A DNA stretch of 64,000 nucleotides from an uncultured Clostridia bacterium (lineage in GTDB: Bacteria; Bacillota; Clostridia; TANB77; CAG-508): positions 4,417-68,416 of the forward strand of contig CAKPAW010000002.1 in assembly GCA_934133165.1 (NCBI GenBank). Reading direction: 5' to 3'. Below the pieces are notes generated by a model. It made no database searches and was not told the origin of the DNA. It was given only the letters and a program-made list of their open reading frames with translations. The translations under genes and the position numbers were made by a program. Positions 29,215 to 38,653 of the stretch are shown piece by piece. Position 1 is the stretch's first letter. Each line of letters opens with the position of its first letter.

Positions 29215-29934
29215 ATGAATAATGATACTACATGTGGGCTGAAAATCAAACAAGTTATAGCAACATTAATAATATTAGTAATGACAGCCACAATAGGACA
29301 AATGTTTATTTTTAAACAAGAAAATTTACAAATAGCAGAAGAAACATTAGAAGTAGAAAATACTATAGAAAAAGCAGAAGTAGAAAATAGTTTCGAAAGA
29401 GAAACAGAAGTAACTTCAAGATCATCAGAAGAAAGAATAGTAGAAGAAATAATTGAAAAACAACCACAATATATTTCAATAGAAGAAATAACAATTTCAA
29501 GAGATATGGATTTAACTGAAAGATGTGGAATATCAAAAGAAGATTTTATAAATTTAGTGGAAAATATGAAAGTTGACTATTCAGGATTTTTTGCACAAAA
29601 TGCAGAAACAATATATGATTTATGTGAAGAATACGAAATAAACGAAATATTCTTCTGTGGATTAATTGCAGCAGAATCAGGATGGAATATATCATCTAAC
29701 CATAAAAATACATGTAACTATATAAGCATGATGTCTGGTGGAAAATTAATTAGATACTCAACACCAGAAGAAGGGTTAGAAGCAGCTGCTAAGTTATTAC
29801 ACAATAGATATTTAACAGAAGGTGGATCTTGTTATTATGGAAAAACTTTATCTGCAGTACAAAGAAGATTCTGTCCAAACTCTTCAACATGGGTAGGTTT
29901 AGTTTATGGATGTATGAAACAAGTTGTAAAATAG
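29215..29934 (+). CDS. membrane-anchored cell-wall hydrolase with glucosaminidase-like domain
   Basis: N-terminal TM; 'GLIAAESGWN' resembles the FlgJ/Glucosaminidase 'ESGWG' motif. Confidence 0.5.
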   Translation: MNNDTTCGLKIKQVIATLIILVMTATIGQMFIFKQENLQIAEETLEVENTIEKAEVENSFERETEVTSRSSEERIVEEIIEKQPQYISIEEITISRDMDLTERCGISKEDFINLVENMKVDYSGFFAQNAETIYDLCEEYEINEIFFCGLIAAESGWNISSNHKNTCNYISMMSGGKLIRYSTPEEGLEAAAKLLHNRYLTEGGSCYYGKTLSAVQRRFCPNSSTWVGLVYGCMKQVVK

Positions 29935-29963
29935 AATAATTTACAAAATATGTAAATTAATTA

Positions 29964-29992
29964 TTGACATTGCTAATAAAAGAGTATATAAT
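29964..29992 (+). promoter_or_regulatory. sigma-A type promoter (TTGACA-17-TATAAT) driving the tandem-repeat RNA region
   Basis: perfect hexamers, 17-bp spacer. Confidence 0.55.
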
Positions 29993-30046
29993 GAATATAC
30001 TAATAGAGATAGTAATTTAAACTATCATAGATGTGCTGACATCTTA

Positions 30047-30150
30047 AAAAATCCGAAACACCTGTAAGACGAATGTGCTTACCGTTGGCGGACAACAGAA
30101 AAATCCGAAACACTTGTAAGACGAATGTGCTTACCGTTGACGGACAACAG
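30047..30150 (+). repeat. two tandem 52-nt repeats (aaaaatccgaaacac(c/t)tgtaagacgaatgtgcttaccgttg(g/a)cggacaacag); candidate structured ncRNA or leader
   Basis: 2 mismatches between units; each unit has internal stem 'gtaag...cttac'; followed by a hairpin plus T7 run at ~30164-30207. Confidence 0.7.
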
Positions 30151-30280
30151 AAAAATCAGTAATAAAAATATAGGGCTTATAATTTTTTATAGGCTCTATA
30201 TTTTTTTATTATATTTAAATAAAGAATATAAAAAACAATAGCAATTTATAAAATATATTGCTATAATAAAGGAGGTAAAA

Positions 30281-30598
30281 ATGCAATTAGGTTTATTTCA
30301 AAATATAGTAAATGAAATAAGAAGGATAAATATTAGTGACTTTATAAGTGAAGTCACAGAAAGGCTAGAAAAAATGGAAGAAGAATTAGTAATAGATAGA
30401 TTTGAAGAAAATACTGCAATTTGTGAAGATAGAAAAACAGGCAGAATAATAGAAATTCCAAGAGAAAACATTGAAGAAAATGTAAAAGAGGGAGACGTAA
30501 TAAAAAAAGTAGAAGGAATTTATAAAAAAGATATAGAAAAACAAGAAAAAATAGAAAAAAGAATAGAAGAAAAAATGAATAGAATATGGAAAGATTAA
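30281..30598 (+). CDS. small cytoplasmic protein, DUF3006-like
   Basis: 105 aa, 'LVIDRFEENTAICEDRKTGRIIEIPRENI' resembles DUF3006; this family often precedes ComEC-family MBL genes. Confidence 0.35.
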   Translation: MQLGLFQNIVNEIRRINISDFISEVTERLEKMEEELVIDRFEENTAICEDRKTGRIIEIPRENIEENVKEGDVIKKVEGIYKKDIEKQEKIEKRIEEKMNRIWKD

Positions 30599-30673
30599 AT
30601 ATAAAAATACATAAATTAAAGAAAAATAAAGTGTAAAAAGTTAATAAAAAAACTTGTAATAGGGGGAAAACAA

Positions 30674-31633
30674 GTGGCAAATAGGGGCAAAAAAACTAAA
30701 CGTATAGAATTTATAATAGGGCTTATTATTTTCATATTGATTGCAATATTAAGTGAAAGTGGAATCATACCAATAGGAAAAATCTTTAATAGTGAAAATA
30801 GCGAAGTTTTAGATAGTAACGAAATTTCAAAAAGAGTTACAGCAGAAGAAAGTGAAAATGTAACATTAGAAGGAGAAGACATATTGCAAATACACTTTTT
30901 TGATGTAGGGCAAGCAGATAGCACATTAATAATAAGTGACAATAAAACTATGCTAATAGATGCTGGAACTAATGAAATGGGCTCAAAAGTAGTAGCAAAT
31001 ATAAAAAAACTGGGAATAGAAAAAATAGACTATCTTATAGGAACTCATCCACACGAAGATCATATTGGTGGGTTAGATGATGTAATTAAAAATTTTGAAA
31101 TAGGAACAATATATATGCCTAAAATACAAACGAATACAAAAACTTTTGAAGATGTATTAGATGCAATAACAGAAAAAAACTTGACTGTTACTACTCCAAA
31201 AGAAGGCGATAAATTTGAATTAGGAAAAGCAGAATGTGAAATAATGCTTTGTGGAACTGGAACAAAAGAAGAAAAAGAAAATTTAAATTTATCTTCAATA
31301 GTAACAAAAGTAACATATGGAAAACAAAGCTATTTATTTATGGGTGATAGCGAAAAAGAAAATGAACAATCTAGAACTTGGCCAAAAGTTAATGTACTAA
31401 AAGTAGGACATCATGGTTCAAATACAAGCTCTTCAAAGGAATTTTTAGATCAAGTATTACCACAAATAGCAATAATAAGTGTGGGAAAAGACAATAGTTA
31501 CGGGCATCCAAAACAAGTAATATTAGACAGATTAAATAAAATAGGGGCAGTAATTTATACAACTAAAGATAAAGGAAATATATTAATAGAAAGTGACGGA
31601 AACAATAACAAAGTTTCTTTCTATAGAAGATAA
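30674..31633 (+). CDS. ComEC/Rec2-related MBL-fold metallo-hydrolase with N-terminal TM anchor
   Basis: 'HPHEDHIGG' HxHxDH motif, 'VGHHGS'; GTG start with RBS 'aggggg'. Confidence 0.7.
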   Translation: MANRGKKTKRIEFIIGLIIFILIAILSESGIIPIGKIFNSENSEVLDSNEISKRVTAEESENVTLEGEDILQIHFFDVGQADSTLIISDNKTMLIDAGTNEMGSKVVANIKKLGIEKIDYLIGTHPHEDHIGGLDDVIKNFEIGTIYMPKIQTNTKTFEDVLDAITEKNLTVTTPKEGDKFELGKAECEIMLCGTGTKEEKENLNLSSIVTKVTYGKQSYLFMGDSEKENEQSRTWPKVNVLKVGHHGSNTSSSKEFLDQVLPQIAIISVGKDNSYGHPKQVILDRLNKIGAVIYTTKDKGNILIESDGNNNKVSFYRR

Positions 31634-31689
31634 ATATGGCAGAAATTAGATTTTGTAGCAGTTTGCACTGCGTACAAAATCTTGATTCT
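31634..31689. repeat. intergenic repeat family 2, copy 1 (atatggcagaaattagattttgtagcagtttgcactgcgtacaaaatcttgattct)
   Basis: reverse-complement copy at 55623-55677 (~4 mismatches); internal hairpin tttgtagcagt-ttgc-actgcgtacaaa. Confidence 0.7.
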
Positions 31690-31723
31690 GGTCTTTTACT
31701 AAAATAGAACAGAAAGGCGAAAA

Positions 31724-32488
31724 ATGGACAATAGAAAAATAGGAGTTTTTGATTCTGGAATAGGTGGATTAACAGTATTAAGTAAAATAATAGAGTTGTT
31801 ACCAAACGAAGAATACATATATTATGCAGATACAGAAAATGTACCATACGGAACAAAACCAAAAGAAGAAGTAAAAAAATATGTGAGAAAAGCTGTAGAG
31901 TTCTTGATTTCAAAAGATGTAAAAGCAATTGTAATAGCTTGTAACACAGCAACGAGCATAGCAATAAATGAGTTAAGAAATACATATAACATGCCAATAA
32001 TAGGAATAGAGCCAGCAGTAAAGCCAGCAATAGAAAATAAAGGAAAGAAAAAAGTACTAGTAATGGCAACACCAACAACTATAAGAGAAGAAAAATTACA
32101 TAATTTAATAGAAAAATTTGAGGCTAAAGAATATGTAGATTTAATTCCTATGCCTAAATTGGTGGAATTTGCAGAAAAAAGAGAATTTAAATCAGAAAAA
32201 GTAGAAAAATATATAAAGGAAGAATTAAAAATATATAATTTGGAAAACTATTCTGAACTAGTATTAGGATGTACACATTTTCCATTCTTTAAAGAAACAT
32301 TAACAAAAATATTTCCTAAAGAAACCAAGATTATAGATGGAAGTTTAGGAGTGGCAAATAGATTAAAAAATGTATTAAAAGAGAACAATATGCTAGCAAA
32401 TAATACATTAAAAATTGAATATTATTACTCAGGAAAGTTAGTAAAAGATGACAAAAACTTAAATGAATTATTACAAATGACAAAGTAG
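31724..32488 (+). CDS. murI: glutamate racemase
   Basis: 'IGVFDSGIGGLTV', 'ACNTAT', 'LGCTHFP' motifs. Confidence 0.85.
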   Translation: MDNRKIGVFDSGIGGLTVLSKIIELLPNEEYIYYADTENVPYGTKPKEEVKKYVRKAVEFLISKDVKAIVIACNTATSIAINELRNTYNMPIIGIEPAVKPAIENKGKKKVLVMATPTTIREEKLHNLIEKFEAKEYVDLIPMPKLVEFAEKREFKSEKVEKYIKEELKIYNLENYSELVLGCTHFPFFKETLTKIFPKETKIIDGSLGVANRLKNVLKENNMLANNTLKIEYYYSGKLVKDDKNLNELLQMTK

Positions 32489-32631
32489 CAGTTAGGTACA
32501 ATCCTAATTACTACTTTTTCTCAATTTGAGACAAAGTTTAAAGTGATATTAAGCCAAAGACTATAGTAGTCTTGTTTTTTTTACAAAAATGTAATATAAT
32601 TTGGGTGAAATTTATATAGGGAGAAATTAAC

Positions 32632-35600
32632 GTGGGAAATTTTGTACACTTACATATACATAGTGAATTTAGTTTATTAGATGGAGCAAACAGAATAAAA
32701 GATATACCAGTAATTGCAAAAGAACTTGGAATGGATGCAATTGCTATTACTGACCATGGAGCAATGTTTGGAGTTATAGATTTTTATAAAGCATGTAAAG
32801 CAAACGGAGTAAAACCAATAATAGGTTGTGAAGTATATGTAGCACCACGAACAAGACATGACAAAGATCCTAAATTAGATAGTAAATATAATCATTTAAT
32901 ATTACTTGCAAAAGACATGACAGGTTATAGGAACTTATCAAAATTAGTATCGTTAAGTTATACAGAAGGTTTTTATTATAAACCAAGAATAGATAAAGAA
33001 ATATTAGAAAAATATCATGAAGGATTAGTATGCTCTAGTGCTTGTTTAGCAGGAGAGATAAGCCAAGCAATACTTGCAAATGATATGGAAGAAGCAAAAA
33101 AAGCAGCATTATGGTTTAAAAATTTATTTGGAGAAGATTATTATTTAGAAATACAAAATAATGGTGTGAAAGAGCAAGTATTAGTTAATCAAAAACTAAT
33201 AGAACTTTCAAAAGAATTAAACATACCATTAGTTGCCACAAATGATGCACACTATTCAAGAAGAGAAGACGCATACAATCATGAAGTACTTTTATGTATT
33301 CAAACAGGAAAGAAAATGTCAGACGAAGACAGGATGAGATTTGACACAGACGAGCTTTATATAAAATCACCAGAAGAAATGAGTGATTATTTTTCAAATG
33401 TACCAGAAGCAATAGAAAATACAGTAAAAATAGCAGAAAAATGTAATATTGAATTTGAATTTGGACATACAATTCTGCCAAATTACGATGTACCAGAAGG
33501 ATATGCAACACATTACGACTACATAGAAGACTTAACAAAAAAAGGTTTAATAAAGAGATATGGGACAAAAGGGACAGATTCACCATTAGGGACGTTTCCT
33601 AATGGAGCGGGTGAAGAAAAAAATAAAAAAATAGAGTTACCAAAAGGGACAGATTCACCTTTAAGAAACGTCCCTAATGGTAATGGTAGCTATGAAGAGT
33701 TGCCAGAAGAGATTAGAAAAAGAGCAGAATATGAATTAGGTGTTATTAAGAAAATGGGATATGTAGACTATTTCTTGATAGTATGGGATTATATAAATTA
33801 TGCTAAAACACATGATATTCCAGTAGGACCAGGTCGTGGTTCTGGTGCAGGTTCTATTGTTGCATATGCAATAGGAATAACAGATATAGATCCTATAAAA
33901 TATAATCTACTTTTTGAAAGATTTTTAAATCCTGAAAGAATTAGTATGCCCGATTTTGACGTTGACTTTTGTTATGAAAAAAGAGATAAAGTAATAGAAT
34001 ATGTTTGTAAAAAATACGGTTATGACCATGTATCACAAATTATAACATTTGGTACAATGTCAGCAAGAATGGTAATCCGTGATGTAGCAAGAGTTCTAGA
34101 TGTACCATATGCAGAAGCAGATAAACTTGCTAAAATGATACCAAATGAAATACATATTACAATTAAAAAGGCATTAGAGCAAAATAAAGAGTTAAATACA
34201 CTTTATGAAACAGATACAGAAATTAAGAAACTATTAGATATAGCAATGGCATTAGAAGGAATGCCACGTCAGGCTTCAACACACGCATGTGGAATAGTTA
34301 TAACAAAAGATCCAGTAGATACTTATGTTCCTTTATATGTAAGAGATGGCAATATTTCTACACAATATATAATGACTACACTAGAAGAACTTGGACTTTT
34401 AAAAATGGACTTTTTAGGTTTAAGAACATTAACAGTTATAAAAGATACCATAGATTTAGTAAAAAAAGACAAAGGCATAGATGTAGAATTTGACAAAAAT
34501 ATGAATGACCCTAAAGTCTATAAATTATGGCAAGAGGGAAATTCTGTTGGAATATTCCAGTTTGAATCACAAGGAATGACAAACTTTATGAGAGAGTTAA
34601 AGCCAGATAGCTTAGAAGATATAATAGCAGGGGTGTCACTTTACAGACCTGGACCAATGGATCAAATTCCAAGATACATAGCAAACAAAAAAGACCCTGA
34701 ACATGCAGTATACACACATCCTGCATTAAAGCCAATACTAGAGGTTACTTATGGTTGTATGGTATACCAAGAGCAAGTTATGCAAATAGTAAGAGATTTA
34801 GCAGGATACTCATTAGGTAGAGCAGATTTAGTTCGTCGTGCTATGGGTAAGAAAAAGCTAGATGTAATGGCAAAAGAAAGAGAAATATTTATAAATGGCC
34901 AAGTAGATGAAAATGGTAATGTTGTAGTTCCTGGATGTGTAAGAAACGGAATAGATGAAAAAAGTGCAAATAAAATATTTGATGAAATGGCTGAATTTGC
35001 TAAATATGCCTTCAACAAATCACATGCCGCAGCATATGCAGTCGTATCATATCAAACAGCATATTTAAAAGCATATTATCCAGAAGAATTTATGGCAGCA
35101 ACTTTAAACAGCTTTTTAGGAAACTTGGATAAAGTCCCATATTATATAGAAGAATGTAAAAGACTAAAAATAGACATATTAAAGCCAGACATAAATAAAA
35201 GTGAAACAAAATTTACAGTTGATAATGGCAAAATACGTTTTGGATTAGGGAGTATAAAAAACGTAGGAGTCGCAGCAGTGAATACAGTTGTAGAAGAAAG
35301 ACAAAAAAATGGCAAATACAAGTCATTTACAGATTTCTGTGAAAGAATTCAGGCAGAAGCGGTAAATAAAAAATGTATAGAAAGTTTAATAAAATCTGGA
35401 GCATTTGATGAATTTGAACAAACAAGAAGTACATTAATGGCATCATTTGAAGACATAATAGATGCAATTTCAGATAGTTCAAGAAAAAACATAAAAGGTC
35501 AAGTATCAATGTTTGATTTAGGTGGATTAGGTGGAAGCGAAAGTTCATCTGAAGAAGACGAAAAACAACTTGAAAAATTAAAATATTCATATACAACACT

Positions 35601-36339
35601 TAAAGAATACACAGATAAAGAGCTTTTATCAATGGAAAAAGAAATGCTAGGAATATATATATCAGGACATCCTTTATCAGAATTAAAAGAAATTATTGAA
35701 AAAAATACAAATATAAGCACATTAAAAATAAGAGAAGGATTAGAAGAACTAGCACAAACAGGAAAATTTCCGTACAAAGATGGACAAATAGTAAAGTTCA
35801 TAGGAATAATAAATTCAATAAAGAAAAAGTACACAAAAAATAACAAAATAATGGCTTTTGTTACACTAGAAGATTTGTATGGAAGTATGGAAACAGTAGT
35901 ATTTGAGAATGTATATACACAATCAGCAAATAGTTTAATAGAAGACAATATAGTGCTAGTAGAAGGACGACTAAGCATTAGAGAAGACGAAGAAAGCGTA
36001 AGCATAGTAGCCAGCAAAATACAAAATGTTGACGCAAAAGGGACGTTTCCTAATGCGTCATCTGTCCCTTTTGCTTCATCACTTGCTGGTACAAAAAATG
36101 AAGGATTAAGAAGAATAAATAAGCTAGAAATAGATATTACCAATTTAAGCGAAGAAATGAAAGATAAATTGAGAGGAGCACTTAAATTCTTTGCAGGAGA
36201 CAGAAACAATACAACATTATTTATATTAAATGGAGAAAGCAAATTACCTGCAGGAGGAATTTTCTTAAATGGAAACACTTTAAATGAAATAGAAGAAATA
36301 GTAGGAAAAGAAAATATCTTAACAGAGGATAGTCACTAA
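32632..36339 (+). CDS. dnaE: DNA polymerase III alpha subunit (DnaE type)
   Basis: 1235 aa; PHP domain 'FVHLHIHSEFSLLDGA', polymerase core, OB fold; GTG start with RBS 'agggag'; carries in-frame mini-repeat insertions. Confidence 0.9.
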   Translation: MGNFVHLHIHSEFSLLDGANRIKDIPVIAKELGMDAIAITDHGAMFGVIDFYKACKANGVKPIIGCEVYVAPRTRHDKDPKLDSKYNHLILLAKDMTGYRNLSKLVSLSYTEGFYYKPRIDKEILEKYHEGLVCSSACLAGEISQAILANDMEEAKKAALWFKNLFGEDYYLEIQNNGVKEQVLVNQKLIELSKELNIPLVATNDAHYSRREDAYNHEVLLCIQTGKKMSDEDRMRFDTDELYIKSPEEMSDYFSNVPEAIENTVKIAEKCNIEFEFGHTILPNYDVPEGYATHYDYIEDLTKKGLIKRYGTKGTDSPLGTFPNGAGEEKNKKIELPKGTDSPLRNVPNGNGSYEELPEEIRKRAEYELGVIKKMGYVDYFLIVWDYINYAKTHDIPVGPGRGSGAGSIVAYAIGITDIDPIKYNLLFERFLNPERISMPDFDVDFCYEKRDKVIEYVCKKYGYDHVSQIITFGTMSARMVIRDVARVLDVPYAEADKLAKMIPNEIHITIKKALEQNKELNTLYETDTEIKKLLDIAMALEGMPRQASTHACGIVITKDPVDTYVPLYVRDGNISTQYIMTTLEELGLLKMDFLGLRTLTVIKDTIDLVKKDKGIDVEFDKNMNDPKVYKLWQEGNSVGIFQFESQGMTNFMRELKPDSLEDIIAGVSLYRPGPMDQIPRYIANKKDPEHAVYTHPALKPILEVTYGCMVYQEQVMQIVRDLAGYSLGRADLVRRAMGKKKLDVMAKEREIFINGQVDENGNVVVPGCVRNGIDEKSANKIFDEMAEFAKYAFNKSHAAAYAVVSYQTAYLKAYYPEEFMAATLNSFLGNLDKVPYYIEECKRLKIDILKPDINKSETKFTVDNGKIRFGLGSIKNVGVAAVNTVVEERQKNGKYKSFTDFCERIQAEAVNKKCIESLIKSGAFDEFEQTRSTLMASFEDIIDAISDSSRKNIKGQVSMFDLGGLGGSESSSEEDEKQLEKLKYSYTTLKEYTDKELLSMEKEMLGIYISGHPLSELKEIIEKNTNISTLKIREGLEELAQTGKFPYKDGQIVKFIGIINSIKKKYTKNNKIMAFVTLEDLYGSMETVVFENVYTQSANSLIEDNIVLVEGRLSIREDEESVSIVASKIQNVDAKGTFPNASSVPFASSLAGTKNEGLRRINKLEIDITNLSEEMKDKLRGALKFFAGDRNNTTLFILNGESKLPAGGIFLNGNTLNEIEEIVGKENILTEDSH
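33566..33605 (+). repeat. mini-repeat copy B1 inside dnaE (caaaagggacagattcaccattagggacgtttcctaatgg), in frame, encoding KGTDSPLGTFPNG
   Basis: seen directly; core in 'gggacgtttcc' orientation. Confidence 0.7.
33641..33680 (+). repeat. mini-repeat copy B2 inside dnaE (caaaagggacagattcacctttaagaaacgtccctaatgg), in frame, encoding KGTDSPLRNVPNG
   Basis: core inverted relative to B1 ('gaaacgtccc'). Confidence 0.7.
36031..36075 (+). repeat. mini-repeat copy C inside the dnaE 3' region (gacgcaaaagggacgtttcctaatgcgtcatctgtcccttttgc)
   Basis: 10-bp inverted repeat caaaagggac/gtcccttttg; encodes DAKGTFPNASSVPFAS. Confidence 0.65.
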
Positions 36340-36386
36340 TTAGGAAAATGTCATAGTGTGATATAGTTTAAAAAAATAAAAATTGA

Positions 36387-36433
36387 CACAAAAGGGACAG
36401 ATGACGCAAAATGAAACGTCCATTTTGCGTCAG
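36387..36433 (+). repeat. mini-repeat copy D between dnaE and the HD-CYTH gene (cacaaaagggacagatgacgcaaaatgaaacgtccattttgcgtcag)
   Basis: internal inverted repeat tgacgcaaaatg/cattttgcgtca. Confidence 0.65.
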
Positions 36434-36448
36434 AAAAGGATGTTGAAA

Positions 36449-38653
36449 ATGAATGAAAAATTAGTAATAAATGATGAAATACATGGAGATATTGAATTAG
36501 ATGGAGTGTACAAAGAATTAGTAGAATCAAAAGATTTTCAAAGACTAAAAGACATAATCCAAACTGGTACATCTTACTTAAAATATCCAGATATGAAGTA
36601 TGAAACTAGATTTGACCACAGCATTGGATCTTATTATTTAATTTGTAAAATTATAGAAAGTATAGAAAAAAAGCTAAATGCACAAGGAATAAAAATAAGA
36701 GATGATGAAAAGGAGATTGCTAAAATTGCAATGCTTCTTCATGATGTTGGTCATGGTGCATATTCACATACTTTGGAAAAAATAACAGGGTATTCCCATG
36801 AAAAGAGAAGTATTGATATTGTAAAAGATGAAAATACTGAAATACATCAAATTTTGAAAAAATATTATGGGGAAGAGTTTACAACAAAGGTAGGAAAATT
36901 TTTAGAAAAAGTATATGAATACAAAAAAGAAGATAAAAAACAAAATGGTATTAAAATAAAAAATAATAGAGTAAGTTTGAAAGATTTATTAGCATCTTTT
37001 GTTTCTAATAATATTGATGCAGATAGATTAGATTATTTAGTTAGAGATTCTCAAAAAGCAGGTTACAAGATACTAACAGAAGTTGATAAATTAATAGATA
37101 GTTTTGAATTTGTTTTAGATGTAGATAAAATTATTGTGGCAATACCAGAAGAAAAGAAAATATTTTTAGATATGGCAATATTAGAAAGGTCTAGAAATTA
37201 TAAAGAAATATATTTTTGTGAACCATCTGTAATAGGAGACCATGTTCTAGATTTCTTGTTAGAAGAAATTAGAAATAATAAAGATGAAATACCAAAGGAA
37301 GTAAATCCTATATTGTATAAATTTTTAACTAATAAAAAAGCAGATTTTACAACTGAAGAATATATGCAAATAGTTGAAACTCCAATGAGAGAAACTTTGG
37401 AAAGCATAAGAGACAATTCTACAAATGAAAAGCTAAAAGAATTGTGTGACATAGCAAACTTCACTAAGACATATCAAACATTAAATACAGATAAAAATGA
37501 ACAATATATTCGTTATTTACTACATAAAGCTATTCCAGAAATATCTGAACAAACTGATGGAATTATAGAAGAAACAAGATGTGTAAAGCCATATAAATCA
37601 AACGAACATGAAAATATAAATATTATTACATGTAATGGAATAGAAGATTATAAAGATATAGAGCAAAATTTAATTAAGTTAGAACCATTTTATGTAAGAA
37701 CAGTTGCAGTTAGTAAAGAAATGCTTAGATTAGAATTAGGAATATCTAAAGAAGAATTTAAAGAAAAATATGAAAAAATAGTAGATGAAGTAATTAGTAC
37801 AGTTATAAAATCTAAAGATGAATTTGAACTTAGATATGTTTTAACAAAAGGAATAACATATGGTGAAGAGATAAAAGAAAAAATAGAACAAAAATATGAA
37901 ATAATAGATGAAGCTAAATATATGTCAAAAGATATGTATTATGATAATCCTGAAAATTATGAATTGTTAGAAGGTAAAAAGACTTTAAGAGTAAGAAAAG
38001 GGGCAACATTTCATAAAAGAGAAGAAACATATGGATTTAAAAAGACAAGAGCAACATATAAAACTTACAAAAAAGATGATCAAGATGGTTATACAGTTAG
38101 AAGAAAAGAAGAACAAATAGGTGAAGATGATCAGTTAAGTACATATACAAATTTCTTAAATGAAATGAAAATAAATATAGAAGACTTAAAACCTATGTTA
38201 GAAGTAAATAACTTACGTTATTTGTTTACAGTAAATGTAAATGGAGTATTAGTAGATATATCATTTAATACAGCACATTATATAAATCAAGTACATGAAA
38301 TGTTTGGAACCATTGGAACAATAGAAATTAAACCAAGAGACAATAAAGTATATGATAGACTAAGCTTACTAGAGTTAAGACAATACTTAGAAGAGCAGAT
38401 TCCAGAACTAGAAAAATATTTATCTAACACAAATGTATATGAAATAGGAATGTTAGATACATATGAAAAGTATAAAAAAGGTTATATAATAAGTGAAGAA
38501 GTTAAGGAAGATGAAGAAAATCATAAAGAAGCAACAGAAAAATTAGATGAAATTTTAGAAAAGGCTAAAAATAGAAAAGATTTTGCATGGCTAAATGAAA
38601 TTCCAGAAGTAAAGCAAGAAAATAGACCAACATACCAAGGAGAAGAAATATAA
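36449..38653 (+). CDS. HD-domain (dGTPase/SAMHD1-like) phosphohydrolase fused to a C-terminal CYTH-like (triphosphate tunnel) domain
   Basis: 'RFDHSIGSYYL...LLHDVGHGAYSH' HD motifs; C-terminal 'LRVRKG...YTVRRKEE...GTIEIKPRD' has a CYTH-like charged beta-strand pattern; start at MNEKLVINDEIHG (ORF-track start 36383 would translate repeat copy D). Confidence 0.55.
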   Translation: MNEKLVINDEIHGDIELDGVYKELVESKDFQRLKDIIQTGTSYLKYPDMKYETRFDHSIGSYYLICKIIESIEKKLNAQGIKIRDDEKEIAKIAMLLHDVGHGAYSHTLEKITGYSHEKRSIDIVKDENTEIHQILKKYYGEEFTTKVGKFLEKVYEYKKEDKKQNGIKIKNNRVSLKDLLASFVSNNIDADRLDYLVRDSQKAGYKILTEVDKLIDSFEFVLDVDKIIVAIPEEKKIFLDMAILERSRNYKEIYFCEPSVIGDHVLDFLLEEIRNNKDEIPKEVNPILYKFLTNKKADFTTEEYMQIVETPMRETLESIRDNSTNEKLKELCDIANFTKTYQTLNTDKNEQYIRYLLHKAIPEISEQTDGIIEETRCVKPYKSNEHENINIITCNGIEDYKDIEQNLIKLEPFYVRTVAVSKEMLRLELGISKEEFKEKYEKIVDEVISTVIKSKDEFELRYVLTKGITYGEEIKEKIEQKYEIIDEAKYMSKDMYYDNPENYELLEGKKTLRVRKGATFHKREETYGFKKTRATYKTYKKDDQDGYTVRRKEEQIGEDDQLSTYTNFLNEMKINIEDLKPMLEVNNLRYLFTVNVNGVLVDISFNTAHYINQVHEMFGTIGTIEIKPRDNKVYDRLSLLELRQYLEEQIPELEKYLSNTNVYEIGMLDTYEKYKKGYIISEEVKEDEENHKEATEKLDEILEKAKNRKDFAWLNEIPEVKQENRPTYQGEEI

